Shown: positions 9,088 to 18,392 of the stretch, in pieces
Layout: every line of letters begins with the position of its first letter
Numbering within the stretch: the stretch's first letter is position 1
Source of the DNA: an uncultured Desulfospira sp.
GTDB lineage: Bacteria > Desulfobacterota > Desulfobacteria > Desulfobacterales > Desulfobacteraceae
Length of the DNA stretch: 64,000 bases
Direction: 5' to 3'
NCBI GenBank assembly: GCA_963663165.1
Contig: OY760175.1
Coordinates: 3,872,001 to 3,936,000, forward strand
Notes under the pieces: model-generated
Told to the model about the DNA's origin: nothing
Database searches by the model: none
The model's input: only the letters and a program-made list of their open reading frames with translations
Position numbers and translations under genes: made by a program

Positions 9088-12000
9088 CTAACAGGCAAAA
9101 TCCACCATAGCCATAATCTGGGACTCCTCAAACCCGGCAAGCCCGGCGGCACCGGAGCGGCAGGAAGACACGCACAGGCCGCATCCCTTGCAAAGCACCG
9201 GATTGACGGCGGCCTTGCCGGCAAACCGTCCCTCTTCGATAAAGTAAGGGGCATTGTAGGGACAGACCGCCACGCAGACCCCGCAGGAACTGCACAGGTT
9301 GACATCCACCGATGCGGTGTTGCCAAGGGTCTTGATTTCGGTTTTGGCAAACAGCCGGCACACACCAGCAGCGGCGGCCTGGGCCTGGGCAATGGATTCG
9401 TCAATGGGCTTGGGATAATGGGCAAGGCCGGCCAGGAATACCCCGTCCACGGCAAAGTTGGACGGTGCCAGCTTAACATGGGCTTCGGCAAAGAACCCGT
9501 CACTGTCCATGGGCACCTTGAACATTTTGGCCAGTTCCTCGTCCCTTGTGGAAACCACGGCCGATGCCAGGATCAGAAGATCGGTTTCAATCTCTATGGG
9601 CTGTCCCAGGACATGGTCTGTGACCTGAACGGCTAAGGTGTTCCCTTTATCTGAAACCACCGGCTTATCCGATACATTGTACCGAATAAAGATCACCCCA
9701 AGCTCCCGGGCCTTCTGGTATAGCAGCTCTTTTTCCCCGTAGGTCCGGATATCCCGGTACAGGATATATACGTCCATGTCCGGGGTTTTCTCCTTGAGAT
9801 GGATGGCCGAGGAAATGGAATGGGAACAGCAGACCCTGGAGCAGTATGGCCGGTCCGGTTCTCTTGACCCCACACACTGGATAAAGACCGCCGTCTCAGC
9901 CTTTTCAACCAGATCGGTCTTGTCCATGATCTGCCGGTCAAGCTCCAGGCTGGTCACCACCCGGCTGTCCTGGCCGTAAAGGTACTCGGCAGGTTTGTAC
10001 TCCTCACCGCCCACGGCAATAATGGCGGCCCCGTGACGGATCTTGGCCGGTGCAGGCCCGTCAATGGTGGTATCAAAGTTGCCCACAAAGCCTTGAACTT
10101 CATCAAGGACACTGGACAGGTGAACCGTGATCCCGGAATGGTCCGTCACCTTCTGACACAGGTCGGCCAGTTCTTTTTGAACATCCACACCCGTGGCGGT
10201 CTGATATATATTGAGGGCGTTGCCGCCCAGGCGGTCTGATTTTTCCACCAGGTCCACTTTATACCCCTGGTCGGCCAGGGACAGGGCCGAGGCCATGCCG
10301 GTGATGCCGCCGCCCACTACCAAAAGGCCCTTGTCAATGGAGAGGCTCTCCTCTTTCAGGGGCTTAAACAGCGCCACCTTGGCCACGGCCATGGCCACAG
10401 AGTCCATGGCCTTCTGGGTGGCTTTTCCCGGGGTGTCCTTGTGGACCCAGGAGTTATGGTTTCGAATATTGACCATCTCAAACAGGTACTTGTTGATGCC
10501 GGCGGCGGCCAGGGTTTCCTGGAACAGCGGGTCATGGGTCCGGGGACTGCACGCTGCCACAATCACCCGGTTCAATCCCTTTTCACGAATGAGTGCTGCA
10601 ATCTTGTCCTGGGTATCCTGGGAACAGGAGTAAAGGTTGTTGTCGGCAAACTCCACAAAGGGAAGGGTGGCCGCAAAATCCCGCACTGCCGGGACATCCA
10701 CCACAGACCCGATGTTAATGCCGCAGTGACAGACAAATACACCGATCCGGGGCACATCCGCAGATACATCCCGTTCTTCGGGCGGGACTATGGTCTTGAC
10801 CAGGGTCCCCCGGCTTTCGGCAATAGCGGATCCGGCAGACAGGGCAGCGGCACCGGCTTCAATGACCGACTGGGGGATATCCTTGGGTCCCTGGAAAGCG
10901 CCGCACACATAAATGCCGTCCCTGGATGTGGCCGTGGGGGTAAAACTCAATGTTTTACAGAACCCCTGTTCGGTCAGGTCAATGCCGATTTTCCCGGCCA
11001 GGGCACGGGTTTCTTCATGGATCTCCATGCCTACGGAGAGGACCACCAGGTCGAACTGTTCCTGGTCCAGGGTCTGGTTTTGCTCGTCAAAATAGGTAAT
11101 GGTCTGGTTGGGCTGGCCCGGGTTCTGGTGAACCGAATGGACCCGGCACCGGACAAACTTGATGCCGTGCTTTTCTTTTGCCTCGTTATAGCAGGCTTCA
11201 AACCCTTTGCCGTGGGTTCTCATGTCCATGTAAAAAATGGTACAGTCCAGGGACGGATCATGTTCCTTGGCAATAATGGCCTGCTTGATGGCATACATAC
11301 AGCAAACTGAAGAACAGTGGCGGTTATCACATTTGTTCATGTCCCTTGAGCCCACGCACTGGAGCCAGGCAATGGCCTTGGGCTCGGCATGGTCGGACAG
11401 TCTTATCACATGCCCCATATGGGGGCCTGAAGCCGATAAAAGCCGTTCAAATTCCAGGGAGGTGACCACGTCCGGCGTGGTGTTCCAGCCGTAGACCTGA
11501 GAATTCCCGGGATGATAGGGCTTGAACCCCGGGGCCAGGATAACGGCACCCGCGTTCAGGGTAAAGGTCTTGTCCCGGTCCTGGTAGTTGACGGCCCGGG
11601 CCGGACAGACATTTTCGCAGATACCGCACCGTTCCATGTTCAGCTGGATACACTGGGCGGGATCAATACAGAACTTTAAGGGAACCGCCTGGGCATAGGG
11701 AACATAAATGGCCTTTCGTTTGGCCAGCCCCTCATTGTACATATCGATCACTGTTTTGGGGCATTTTTCCGCGCAGAACCCGCAGGCCACACATTTGTCC
11801 GGGTCCACGTACCGGGCTTTCTGGAAAATCTCAACTTGAAAATTTCCCTTTTCACCTTTGATATCCTTGATATCGGCCAGGGTGACCAGCTCAATGTTGA
11901 TGTGCCGTCCTACTTCAACCAGCTTGGGGGACATGATACACATGGAACAGTCATTGGTCGGAAAGGTCTTGTCCAGTTGGGCCATGACCCCGCCAATGGC

Positions 12001-12117
12001 AGGGCTTTTCTCCACCATGTACACATAATATCCGGAATCGGCCAGATCCAGGGCCGCCTGAATGGCTGCGATGCCGCCTCCGGCTATCAGTACCGAGCCC
12101 AAGGGTTTGTCAGTCAT
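9088..12117 (-). CDS. hdrA: heterodisulfide reductase subunit A-like flavoprotein (large, two FAD modules)
   Basis: GGGIAA, AQLDKTFPTNDCSMC, QCVGSRD..CSSVCCMYA, GPKDIPQSV, VFVCHCG.NI, AACSPRTH, second GGGITG and QCVGSRE..CSRVCC, C-terminal ferredoxin motifs. Confidence 0.93.
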   Translation of the reverse strand: MTDKPLGSVLIAGGGIAAIQAALDLADSGYYVYMVEKSPAIGGVMAQLDKTFPTNDCSMCIMSPKLVEVGRHINIELVTLADIKDIKGEKGNFQVEIFQKARYVDPDKCVACGFCAEKCPKTVIDMYNEGLAKRKAIYVPYAQAVPLKFCIDPAQCIQLNMERCGICENVCPARAVNYQDRDKTFTLNAGAVILAPGFKPYHPGNSQVYGWNTTPDVVTSLEFERLLSASGPHMGHVIRLSDHAEPKAIAWLQCVGSRDMNKCDNRHCSSVCCMYAIKQAIIAKEHDPSLDCTIFYMDMRTHGKGFEACYNEAKEKHGIKFVRCRVHSVHQNPGQPNQTITYFDEQNQTLDQEQFDLVVLSVGMEIHEETRALAGKIGIDLTEQGFCKTLSFTPTATSRDGIYVCGAFQGPKDIPQSVIEAGAAALSAGSAIAESRGTLVKTIVPPEERDVSADVPRIGVFVCHCGINIGSVVDVPAVRDFAATLPFVEFADNNLYSCSQDTQDKIAALIREKGLNRVIVAACSPRTHDPLFQETLAAAGINKYLFEMVNIRNHNSWVHKDTPGKATQKAMDSVAMAVAKVALFKPLKEESLSIDKGLLVVGGGITGMASALSLADQGYKVDLVEKSDRLGGNALNIYQTATGVDVQKELADLCQKVTDHSGITVHLSSVLDEVQGFVGNFDTTIDGPAPAKIRHGAAIIAVGGEEYKPAEYLYGQDSRVVTSLELDRQIMDKTDLVEKAETAVFIQCVGSREPDRPYCSRVCCSHSISSAIHLKEKTPDMDVYILYRDIRTYGEKELLYQKARELGVIFIRYNVSDKPVVSDKGNTLAVQVTDHVLGQPIEIETDLLILASAVVSTRDEELAKMFKVPMDSDGFFAEAHVKLAPSNFAVDGVFLAGLAHYPKPIDESIAQAQAAAAGVCRLFAKTEIKTLGNTASVDVNLCSSCGVCVAVCPYNAPYFIEEGRFAGKAAVNPVLCKGCGLCVSSCRSGAAGLAGFEESQIMAMVDFAC

Positions 12118-12852
12118 GGGATACTCCTTTGATAATTGGTGAGTTGGGGGGAATTAAGGAAGACAGGGGCAGATAGAGGGCAGCACCCATTGCCCAGGTG
12201 ATACCGGCACTGAAACCGTCGCCCGGGAGCAATGGTTCCAACTGGTCCCTGATGCCGATAGCGTTACAAACATTTTTCAGGGCATTTTGCATAAGCCCGT
12301 TTCCTCTTAAATTTACCGCATGAAACAGCAACCACATGTTACTTTATGATAAGGGGAAACCGGCTGGTTTCTAATGGCTGTCGGCAGGCGATTTCCCCGT
12401 TATATCTTGCACCAGCCGGTCACGGGCGGTGCGTGCTAAGCTGCCTCAGTGTCTGTTGGGAAAATCAGCCATAAGCGCCTTTTTCTAAAAGCTTTTGTTA
12501 TGTTGCGGCCCTGAAAATAAGCCGTTTAAACTTTAAAAAATTATAAGAAATCAATAGGTTTGGCAAATTGATAATTCTTATGCCCTCTTATTTGCGACAT
12601 CGAAATATTCAATTTGTTTGATTTGTGACGGAGGGGTGGACGCATTTAATATCAAATGCGTTGTTTAACCCGTGTGGCAGGGGCAAATTAAAGCAGTAAA
12701 AGAAGAATTGATTTCAGCATTCTTTGAATAACATTTTTAATAGCATCATGGGAAAGCCGGCCAATAATTTGGGCATCCCAACTGCTTTTCAAGGATGAAT
12801 GTACCGGTGTCCCATCTCATCAGGTTGGGGTGTGGAAAGCATGAATTATTTT

Positions 12853-13707
12853 TCAGTTGGCTGATTTTATATCTTTAATCAGTGTTTTTATCTCAGAGGA
12901 GATCACATTCTGTTCTTTTATCATTTTTGCGAGGTTATATCGGTGGTCATCTTTGAGTTCATATTTTGATTGAAGTCTTAAAATCAATCGTTTGCCGTCA
13001 ATAATGCGGCTAAGACGCCAATATTGATCAAGGTTGTTGTTGCCATCGCAAAAGGCTAATAATCGCGTAGATACACTTTCGAAGTCGCATTCAACATGGC
13101 GTTTATCCAGATGTTCAATGCATTTGGCTTTTATTTGTGCCGGATTGTTCTCTCCGGAAACAAAGTGTGGGACCAACGCTTTTTCACCGGCCATATGCAA
13201 GCAAATATTGGTGGCTGTCACAGGGACAAGATTTTGAGATTGTTGTAAAAGCTGATCTGAAAGCAAATCGTTATCTATACCATCCGGAGAATATTTCCCG
13301 TAATCGGTAAGGAGGGCAAAAATAACTTTTGGATTTAAGAGGTAGTTTTCAATTTCCCATCGGCCAAGGGGTCTGATGTAATCCCCAAAAGGCCTGCTCC
13401 TCTGATAAATTCGATCATCATTTTCCCAAAACAAATCCCACGCATTTTCACGCATCAAGGCATCTCGATCAACGATTCCAAATGAGGGGATCCCCATGGA
13501 ACGATCTTTATCCACAAATCCCACCACTGTTGCACATCCCCCGGACCCGCCATTTTTACTGGATAAAAATTCAATGAATTCACCTTCGTCAAAAAACCAG
13601 CGCTGGAAAATTGCCAGATCAGTTTTAGATTCAAGATAAATCAGTTTGCGTCCGGAATACTTGCCGTCAACCGTATCAGATTTATTTAATGACTTGAATG
13701 TCGCCAT
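12853..13707 (-). CDS. TOPRIM (OLD/DUF4435, AriB-like) putative nuclease
   Basis: IYLESKTD (conserved Glu), GGC..V, GIVDRD (DxD), WEIENYLL, IDGK; directly follows an ABC ATPase. Confidence 0.72.
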   Translation of the reverse strand: MATFKSLNKSDTVDGKYSGRKLIYLESKTDLAIFQRWFFDEGEFIEFLSSKNGGSGGCATVVGFVDKDRSMGIPSFGIVDRDALMRENAWDLFWENDDRIYQRSRPFGDYIRPLGRWEIENYLLNPKVIFALLTDYGKYSPDGIDNDLLSDQLLQQSQNLVPVTATNICLHMAGEKALVPHFVSGENNPAQIKAKCIEHLDKRHVECDFESVSTRLLAFCDGNNNLDQYWRLSRIIDGKRLILRLQSKYELKDDHRYNLAKMIKEQNVISSEIKTLIKDIKSAN

Positions 13708-13722
13708 GAAAAATTTCCGATC

Positions 13723-14871
13723 TTATAAATTTTCTTCAATTATGTGTCCGCCTTTTCTCAATCCGGCTTCTTTTGTTTCAAACTCAAAGCCTTTAAGAAT
13801 TTCCCTTGAATGAGTCGTCGCAATAACATGTATTCCAGGCGTTTCAACCACAATTTGTTTTAGAATGTTCAAAATCCGATGCTGCCATTTGGGATGAAGA
13901 TGAACATCCACTTCATCAATCACAATCCAGGTATTCCGGGTCATATGTGCCCCGATCCGAAGCATCATCTGGGCCAGGCTTTTTTCTCCACTGCTCAGCC
14001 GGTCCAGCCTGTGCCTGGACCCTTTATTTGAAATCACGGCCTGTGGCGGATCCTTTTCAACCTCCTCAAGACGCTTATGGGTCCCTTTAAATACCCACTG
14101 GTTGACGTCTTCTATGGCCCTCTGGAAACGATCTTCGTCAATCCACTTGAGCCAGATCAGAAGATTATCAAGGGAATGGTTCCATTCTGCCCTTGAGAGA
14201 AACGGCTTAACCGGACGGTATCTCCAATCTTCCGGTGCTACAATTGCCCTGTCATAGTCTTCAATTTTAGGGATATCCCTGTATGCAGAAAAGTAGAGCA
14301 AAGTCGGTTCGGCAACCCCGCTGTCTCCAAATCCGTCAGGAGGAACGGACATCTGGTTTTGAATGGACCCCAGAAGGTCCTGAATAAAGGTATCACTGGC
14401 TCCGATTTTTTCCATTCGCCCGGAGAAATGGCGCCTGTAGCCGAAGCGATTCCAGGACCCTGCACCGGCAGATTTTAATTCAGAGTCTGTCCAGGCCCGG
14501 ATTGAAGCGGTGTCTTTGGGGCCTGCAATCAGGGACAGAACGGCACTTTGCTGTTCCTGGTTCTGATAGAACCTTACCAAAATATCAAGCTGAGCCCGGG
14601 AGGGGTCTTTTCCCAACATCTCAACCCGGTCAAGGTCTTCATGCCCGAAGGATGTCGGATTCTCCTTTTCAAGCATCCCCATCAGGGTCACCATTACATC
14701 CAGTAATGTCGTCTTTCCCTGCCCGTTTTCGGAAATAAGGAGAAACATATTGCAGGGATCTCCATTTCCATCTGTAAAATCCAGCTCAAACCTATCCCTG
14801 AAAGGGCCGATATTTTCCACCCACATGCGGATGGGCTCAAATCCCTGAATGCTAAAATCACCTGCAGGCAT
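13723..14871 (-). CDS. ABC-type ATPase (AAA_15/AAA_21, AriA-like)
   Basis: Walker A SENGQGKT, signature LSSGEK, Walker B/D-loop IVIDEVDVHLHPKWQ, H-loop ATTHS; no transmembrane segments apparent. Confidence 0.88.
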   Translation of the reverse strand: MPAGDFSIQGFEPIRMWVENIGPFRDRFELDFTDGNGDPCNMFLLISENGQGKTTLLDVMVTLMGMLEKENPTSFGHEDLDRVEMLGKDPSRAQLDILVRFYQNQEQQSAVLSLIAGPKDTASIRAWTDSELKSAGAGSWNRFGYRRHFSGRMEKIGASDTFIQDLLGSIQNQMSVPPDGFGDSGVAEPTLLYFSAYRDIPKIEDYDRAIVAPEDWRYRPVKPFLSRAEWNHSLDNLLIWLKWIDEDRFQRAIEDVNQWVFKGTHKRLEEVEKDPPQAVISNKGSRHRLDRLSSGEKSLAQMMLRIGAHMTRNTWIVIDEVDVHLHPKWQHRILNILKQIVVETPGIHVIATTHSREILKGFEFETKEAGLRKGGHIIEENL

Positions 14872-14873
14872 CT

Positions 14874-16364
14874 TTATTTCCTTTTTAAAGTTCTGACCGC
14901 CTCTTCAATATGGCTTTGTTTTACATGATAGCCATGAACCCTGACAGGTTTTTGGCCTGATAATTTGACAATCATATCTCCATCTCCGGTCAAACCTTCA
15001 GCTCCGGTTTCATCCAGAATAATTTTAGACTCAGAGGCTTTTTGGACGGTTAAGGCAATTCTTGATGGGATATTTGAACGCAACAACCCGGTAAAGGTTT
15101 TGGCATCCGGGCGCTGTGTGGCTAAAACCATATGAATTCCTGAAGATCGCGCTTTCTGGGCCAGAAAAACCAATTGGGTTTCCGTATCCGGACTTCGAAG
15201 TACCAAATCTGCCAATTCATCAACGAAAACAATAATTCTTGGCAAGCTTTGAGCCCCTGAAGCATGATACTCATCTATATTTCTGACTTTTTGGGCGGCA
15301 AACAGCTTTTCACGTTTTTCCATTTCCATGCAAAGCTCCCCCAACGTTTTGGTCACATCTTCGGGTTCTGAAATTATGGGCTGGTAGAGAAAATTTTCCA
15401 GGTCATTATAATCGTTAAATTCCACCCGCTTGGCATCAATAAAACAAAACCGCAGTGACTGAGGGGTGTTTGTTGTCAGCAAAGAGAGAATAAGCGCATG
15501 AATGCATATACTTTTACCACTGCCCGTAGTTCCACCGATCAAAAGATGGGGGGTCTTTGCCAGATCAAAAATAAAAGGATCTCCCATAATATCCACACCT
15601 GGACAGACCGGCAAGTGCCCCTTTCCTACATCCGGAGTCAAACCTGAAAAATCGATCTCAATTTTTTTCCAGGAAGTTTTTTTACGGGGAATATCAATTC
15701 CGATCAGTCTTGGCTCATTTGTTCTGCTAAGAACCAGAGACCCGGTATCTTTTCCCAAGGAAAACGCCAATTTATCAAGATTTTTTTCAAGCCGTTCAAG
15801 GTCCTGAAGGTTCTCCAGATACACAAGATAACGGGACAGCCTTACCCCTTCTATCTCATTTTGGATTTTTCCGGTAACACCGATCTCAGGCAAGACAGAT
15901 GAAAGGTCAGCGGTATCATCCGGTTCCACCGATGTCACCGGCCTGTCCGGTCCGTCGGAAAATAAATCATAAGCCAGAAAAGAATGAAAATCATGCCCAT
16001 CCTTCCAGGATGTGCGGATTTCATGAAGCCCCCTTCGAACGTGGCGCTGCATATATCTCCGGAAAAGCTCCGGATCAGCAAACAGGTCTTCTTCATAATA
16101 GGCACTTAGAACAGCACAGAAGACATCGGTATAATCATCCTCCTGCCGCTCCCCGGTCAATTGTTCAAAACTGTATTCACTGCCCCCTTCTGACCGGTCT
16201 TCAATTTTCTCCCATCCCTGTTCCGGATATTCGGGGATTTTAAGGGAAAGGGCCAGGGCCAGCCTCAATGATACCCATTTGGGAAGGCCTTTAACCCCTA
16301 ACCCTTTGGAGATGATCTGGTCGATGATTTTTTCATCTGAATGGCCGGTATATATTTTTGCCAT
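14874..16364 (-). CDS. DndE-like N-terminal domain fused to an FtsK/SpoIIIE DNA translocase motor
   Basis: N-terminus RLALALSL..GSEY.FEQLTGE..HVRRGL resembles DndE; C-terminus DLAKTPHLLIGGTTGSGKS, IDAKRVEF, IIVFVDELADL, KARSSGIHMVLATQRP, IILDETGAEGLTGDGDM is an FtsK motor. Confidence 0.85.
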   Translation of the reverse strand: MAKIYTGHSDEKIIDQIISKGLGVKGLPKWVSLRLALALSLKIPEYPEQGWEKIEDRSEGGSEYSFEQLTGERQEDDYTDVFCAVLSAYYEEDLFADPELFRRYMQRHVRRGLHEIRTSWKDGHDFHSFLAYDLFSDGPDRPVTSVEPDDTADLSSVLPEIGVTGKIQNEIEGVRLSRYLVYLENLQDLERLEKNLDKLAFSLGKDTGSLVLSRTNEPRLIGIDIPRKKTSWKKIEIDFSGLTPDVGKGHLPVCPGVDIMGDPFIFDLAKTPHLLIGGTTGSGKSICIHALILSLLTTNTPQSLRFCFIDAKRVEFNDYNDLENFLYQPIISEPEDVTKTLGELCMEMEKREKLFAAQKVRNIDEYHASGAQSLPRIIVFVDELADLVLRSPDTETQLVFLAQKARSSGIHMVLATQRPDAKTFTGLLRSNIPSRIALTVQKASESKIILDETGAEGLTGDGDMIVKLSGQKPVRVHGYHVKQSHIEEAVRTLKRK

Positions 16365-16374
16365 GAAAATTCCT

Positions 16375-18392
16375 TTAGCTGTCCGGGTACATTTGCTTCA
16401 GTCTGGGTTCAGTGGACTCTCCGTCCCAATTCTCCAGTTGGTATTCTTTGTATATGTGTGGGCAGAGCAGCCTGTATTTTTCCTCATCCAGTTCAGAGTC
16501 CGTGGGCAAAAGGATGACCTGCTTTCCCACGCTTGGGTAATAATTTTTCAGCAAGCTTCTTTGATTTACCGCATCCAGCCTTCCTAAAGGAGTATCTATG
16601 ACAACCGGAACCTCCTTTCTTGAAACTGTTTTTAAGGCCCATAATAGGGCCGTAGCAACCAGTTGTTTATTGCCCGAAGAAAGGTTGGTCCGTCCAATCT
16701 CATCCCCGGAATCATCCAGATAGGTTAATTCAAAGGTGTCCGATACCGATATCTTTTTGACCTGGGGGAGATTTGAGATCAATATCTTTGTGTACTTATC
16801 CAAAGTCTCCTCTACATCCCCCCTTTTTAATATTTTCAGATCCTGTTTATACTGGTTGAAAAATTTGCGAAGACCTTTTGCCAGATCAACCTTTTTCCTG
16901 GTCCTTTTGCTCAGTTCAACCTGTTTCTCCTGGTCCCGGATCTCTTTTTTTAATTGCTGGATATGTCTTTGTCTGATTTCTTTCTCAGTCTGGGATTTTT
17001 GAATTTCCTTTTTTATTCCTCCCCGCTCTTCGATTTGCCTTTTAGTTCCTCTGAAAGAAAATTAATTCGTTCCCGCTCTTCATCGGTCAGCCCTGCTGCC
17101 TCGGAAATATCGAAATCAATGCCTGCTATTTCCCGATTAAAGTCATGAATCTGTGCCAGGGTTCGTTTGATCTCCTCCCTGGCCCTGTTTAAGCCCCTAT
17201 ACTGAATAAATTGTTCATGCAATTGTTTGGCCGTTTTGAGGTCCAGTGATACCACGCCTGAATCCATATCCGGTATCCTTGCATCGATCAGGCCAATAAG
17301 ACGTTTTTTCAAGAATCGTTTCTGGCCGGGTTCCAGCTCAGGATTTGGATAGGGCGGCTCATCCAGCAGTCCCGGTACCAGGCTCTTTTTCAGGCTTTCC
17401 AATATTTCGGCCGCTTCACCCAGTTTGCTGCCGGCTGCTTTTTCAATATATTTTTCAGCTTTTTCTACAAGGCCGGGATTGGCCAGCAACGGGGATTCTT
17501 TGCGGATCAGATCCGCAAACAGGGCCTCCCTTTTTTCTTTTTCCGCGACGGCTATCTCACGGGAAGTATTCAAACGCCCAATGTCCTGACGATTCCGGAG
17601 ATATTCCAGTTTTTTCAGTTCATTTTCAATCTCATTGACCTCATGGTCCAGATCCATTTTCTGGTCTTCCCAATCCCGTTGTTTTTCATTTTCCTCTGCA
17701 ATGGCCAATTCATCTTTCTTTAACTGGTCCTGGGTTTCATATAGAATTCGTCTTTTTTCTTCCTCCATAGCATCCTGCTGCCACTCTTTTACCACTGTTT
17801 TAAGCTCTGAACGAAGGTAGTCAATGGGGGCAATATCCAAAAGCCTTTCCATATCCGTTTTAAAGGATTCTTGATCTGTGGATTCCACAAGACGTTCAAT
17901 CTGTTCACTGTCAAAAAAGAAAAACGGAATATAAGCCGGTGGCAGGCGTTGTTCAATAAATTCCCTGGCGTCTTTATCCTGAAGCCGGTTTCCATTATGG
18001 ATAATTTCCAATTCCCCGAAAAAATTTTTGCCATTCAGATCCCATGACCGTTCAGCCAAAACCACTGAACCGGCTTCGGTCCATTCAATGGACACACTGC
18101 ACCGGGTATCCCCCCTCTGAACAGCCTTCCGGTTCACGATTCCCAGCCAGGTTCTACCGTCTCCAATGACAAACCGTTTTTGACCCAGAGGCCGGCCGGT
18201 AATATCCACGGCCAAAGATTCCGTGGTACCGGCAAACAGCAGTTTGAGACTGCGGATAAAGCTGGTTTTCCCGTATCCGTTTCTCCCTGAAATTAAAACG
18301 ATATTTGCCTGTTCACTTCCTCCTGTCAGGTCAAATTCAACCGGGCCAAAATAGGAAAATAGATTGTTGAGGATGATTTTATTGAATTTCAT
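16375..18392 (-). pseudogene. dndD: DNA sulfur modification ATPase DndD (SMC-like), split by a single frameshift between 17013 and 17061
   Basis: 5' ORF 17013-18392: NLFSYFG..FDL, SGRNGYGKTS, FFFFDSEQI, coiled coil; the -1 frame is open from about 17061 to 16375 and carries LSSGNKQL, VVIDTPLGRLD, QVILLPTDSE; joined product about 672 aa. Confidence 0.85.

Noticed and set aside
5093..12117. Selenocysteine read-through in HdrA, MvhD or HesB
   Set aside because: All three ORFs are complete with Cys codons and contain no in-frame TGA.
12110..12337. 75-aa ORF overlapping the hdrA start
   Set aside because: No motif or convincing RBS; more likely the hdrA leader.
14874..16364. Housekeeping cell-division FtsK or a conjugative coupling protein of an ICE
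   Set aside because: No TM domain or gamma domain, no relaxase, T4SS or integrase nearby, and the gene is embedded in the dnd operon.
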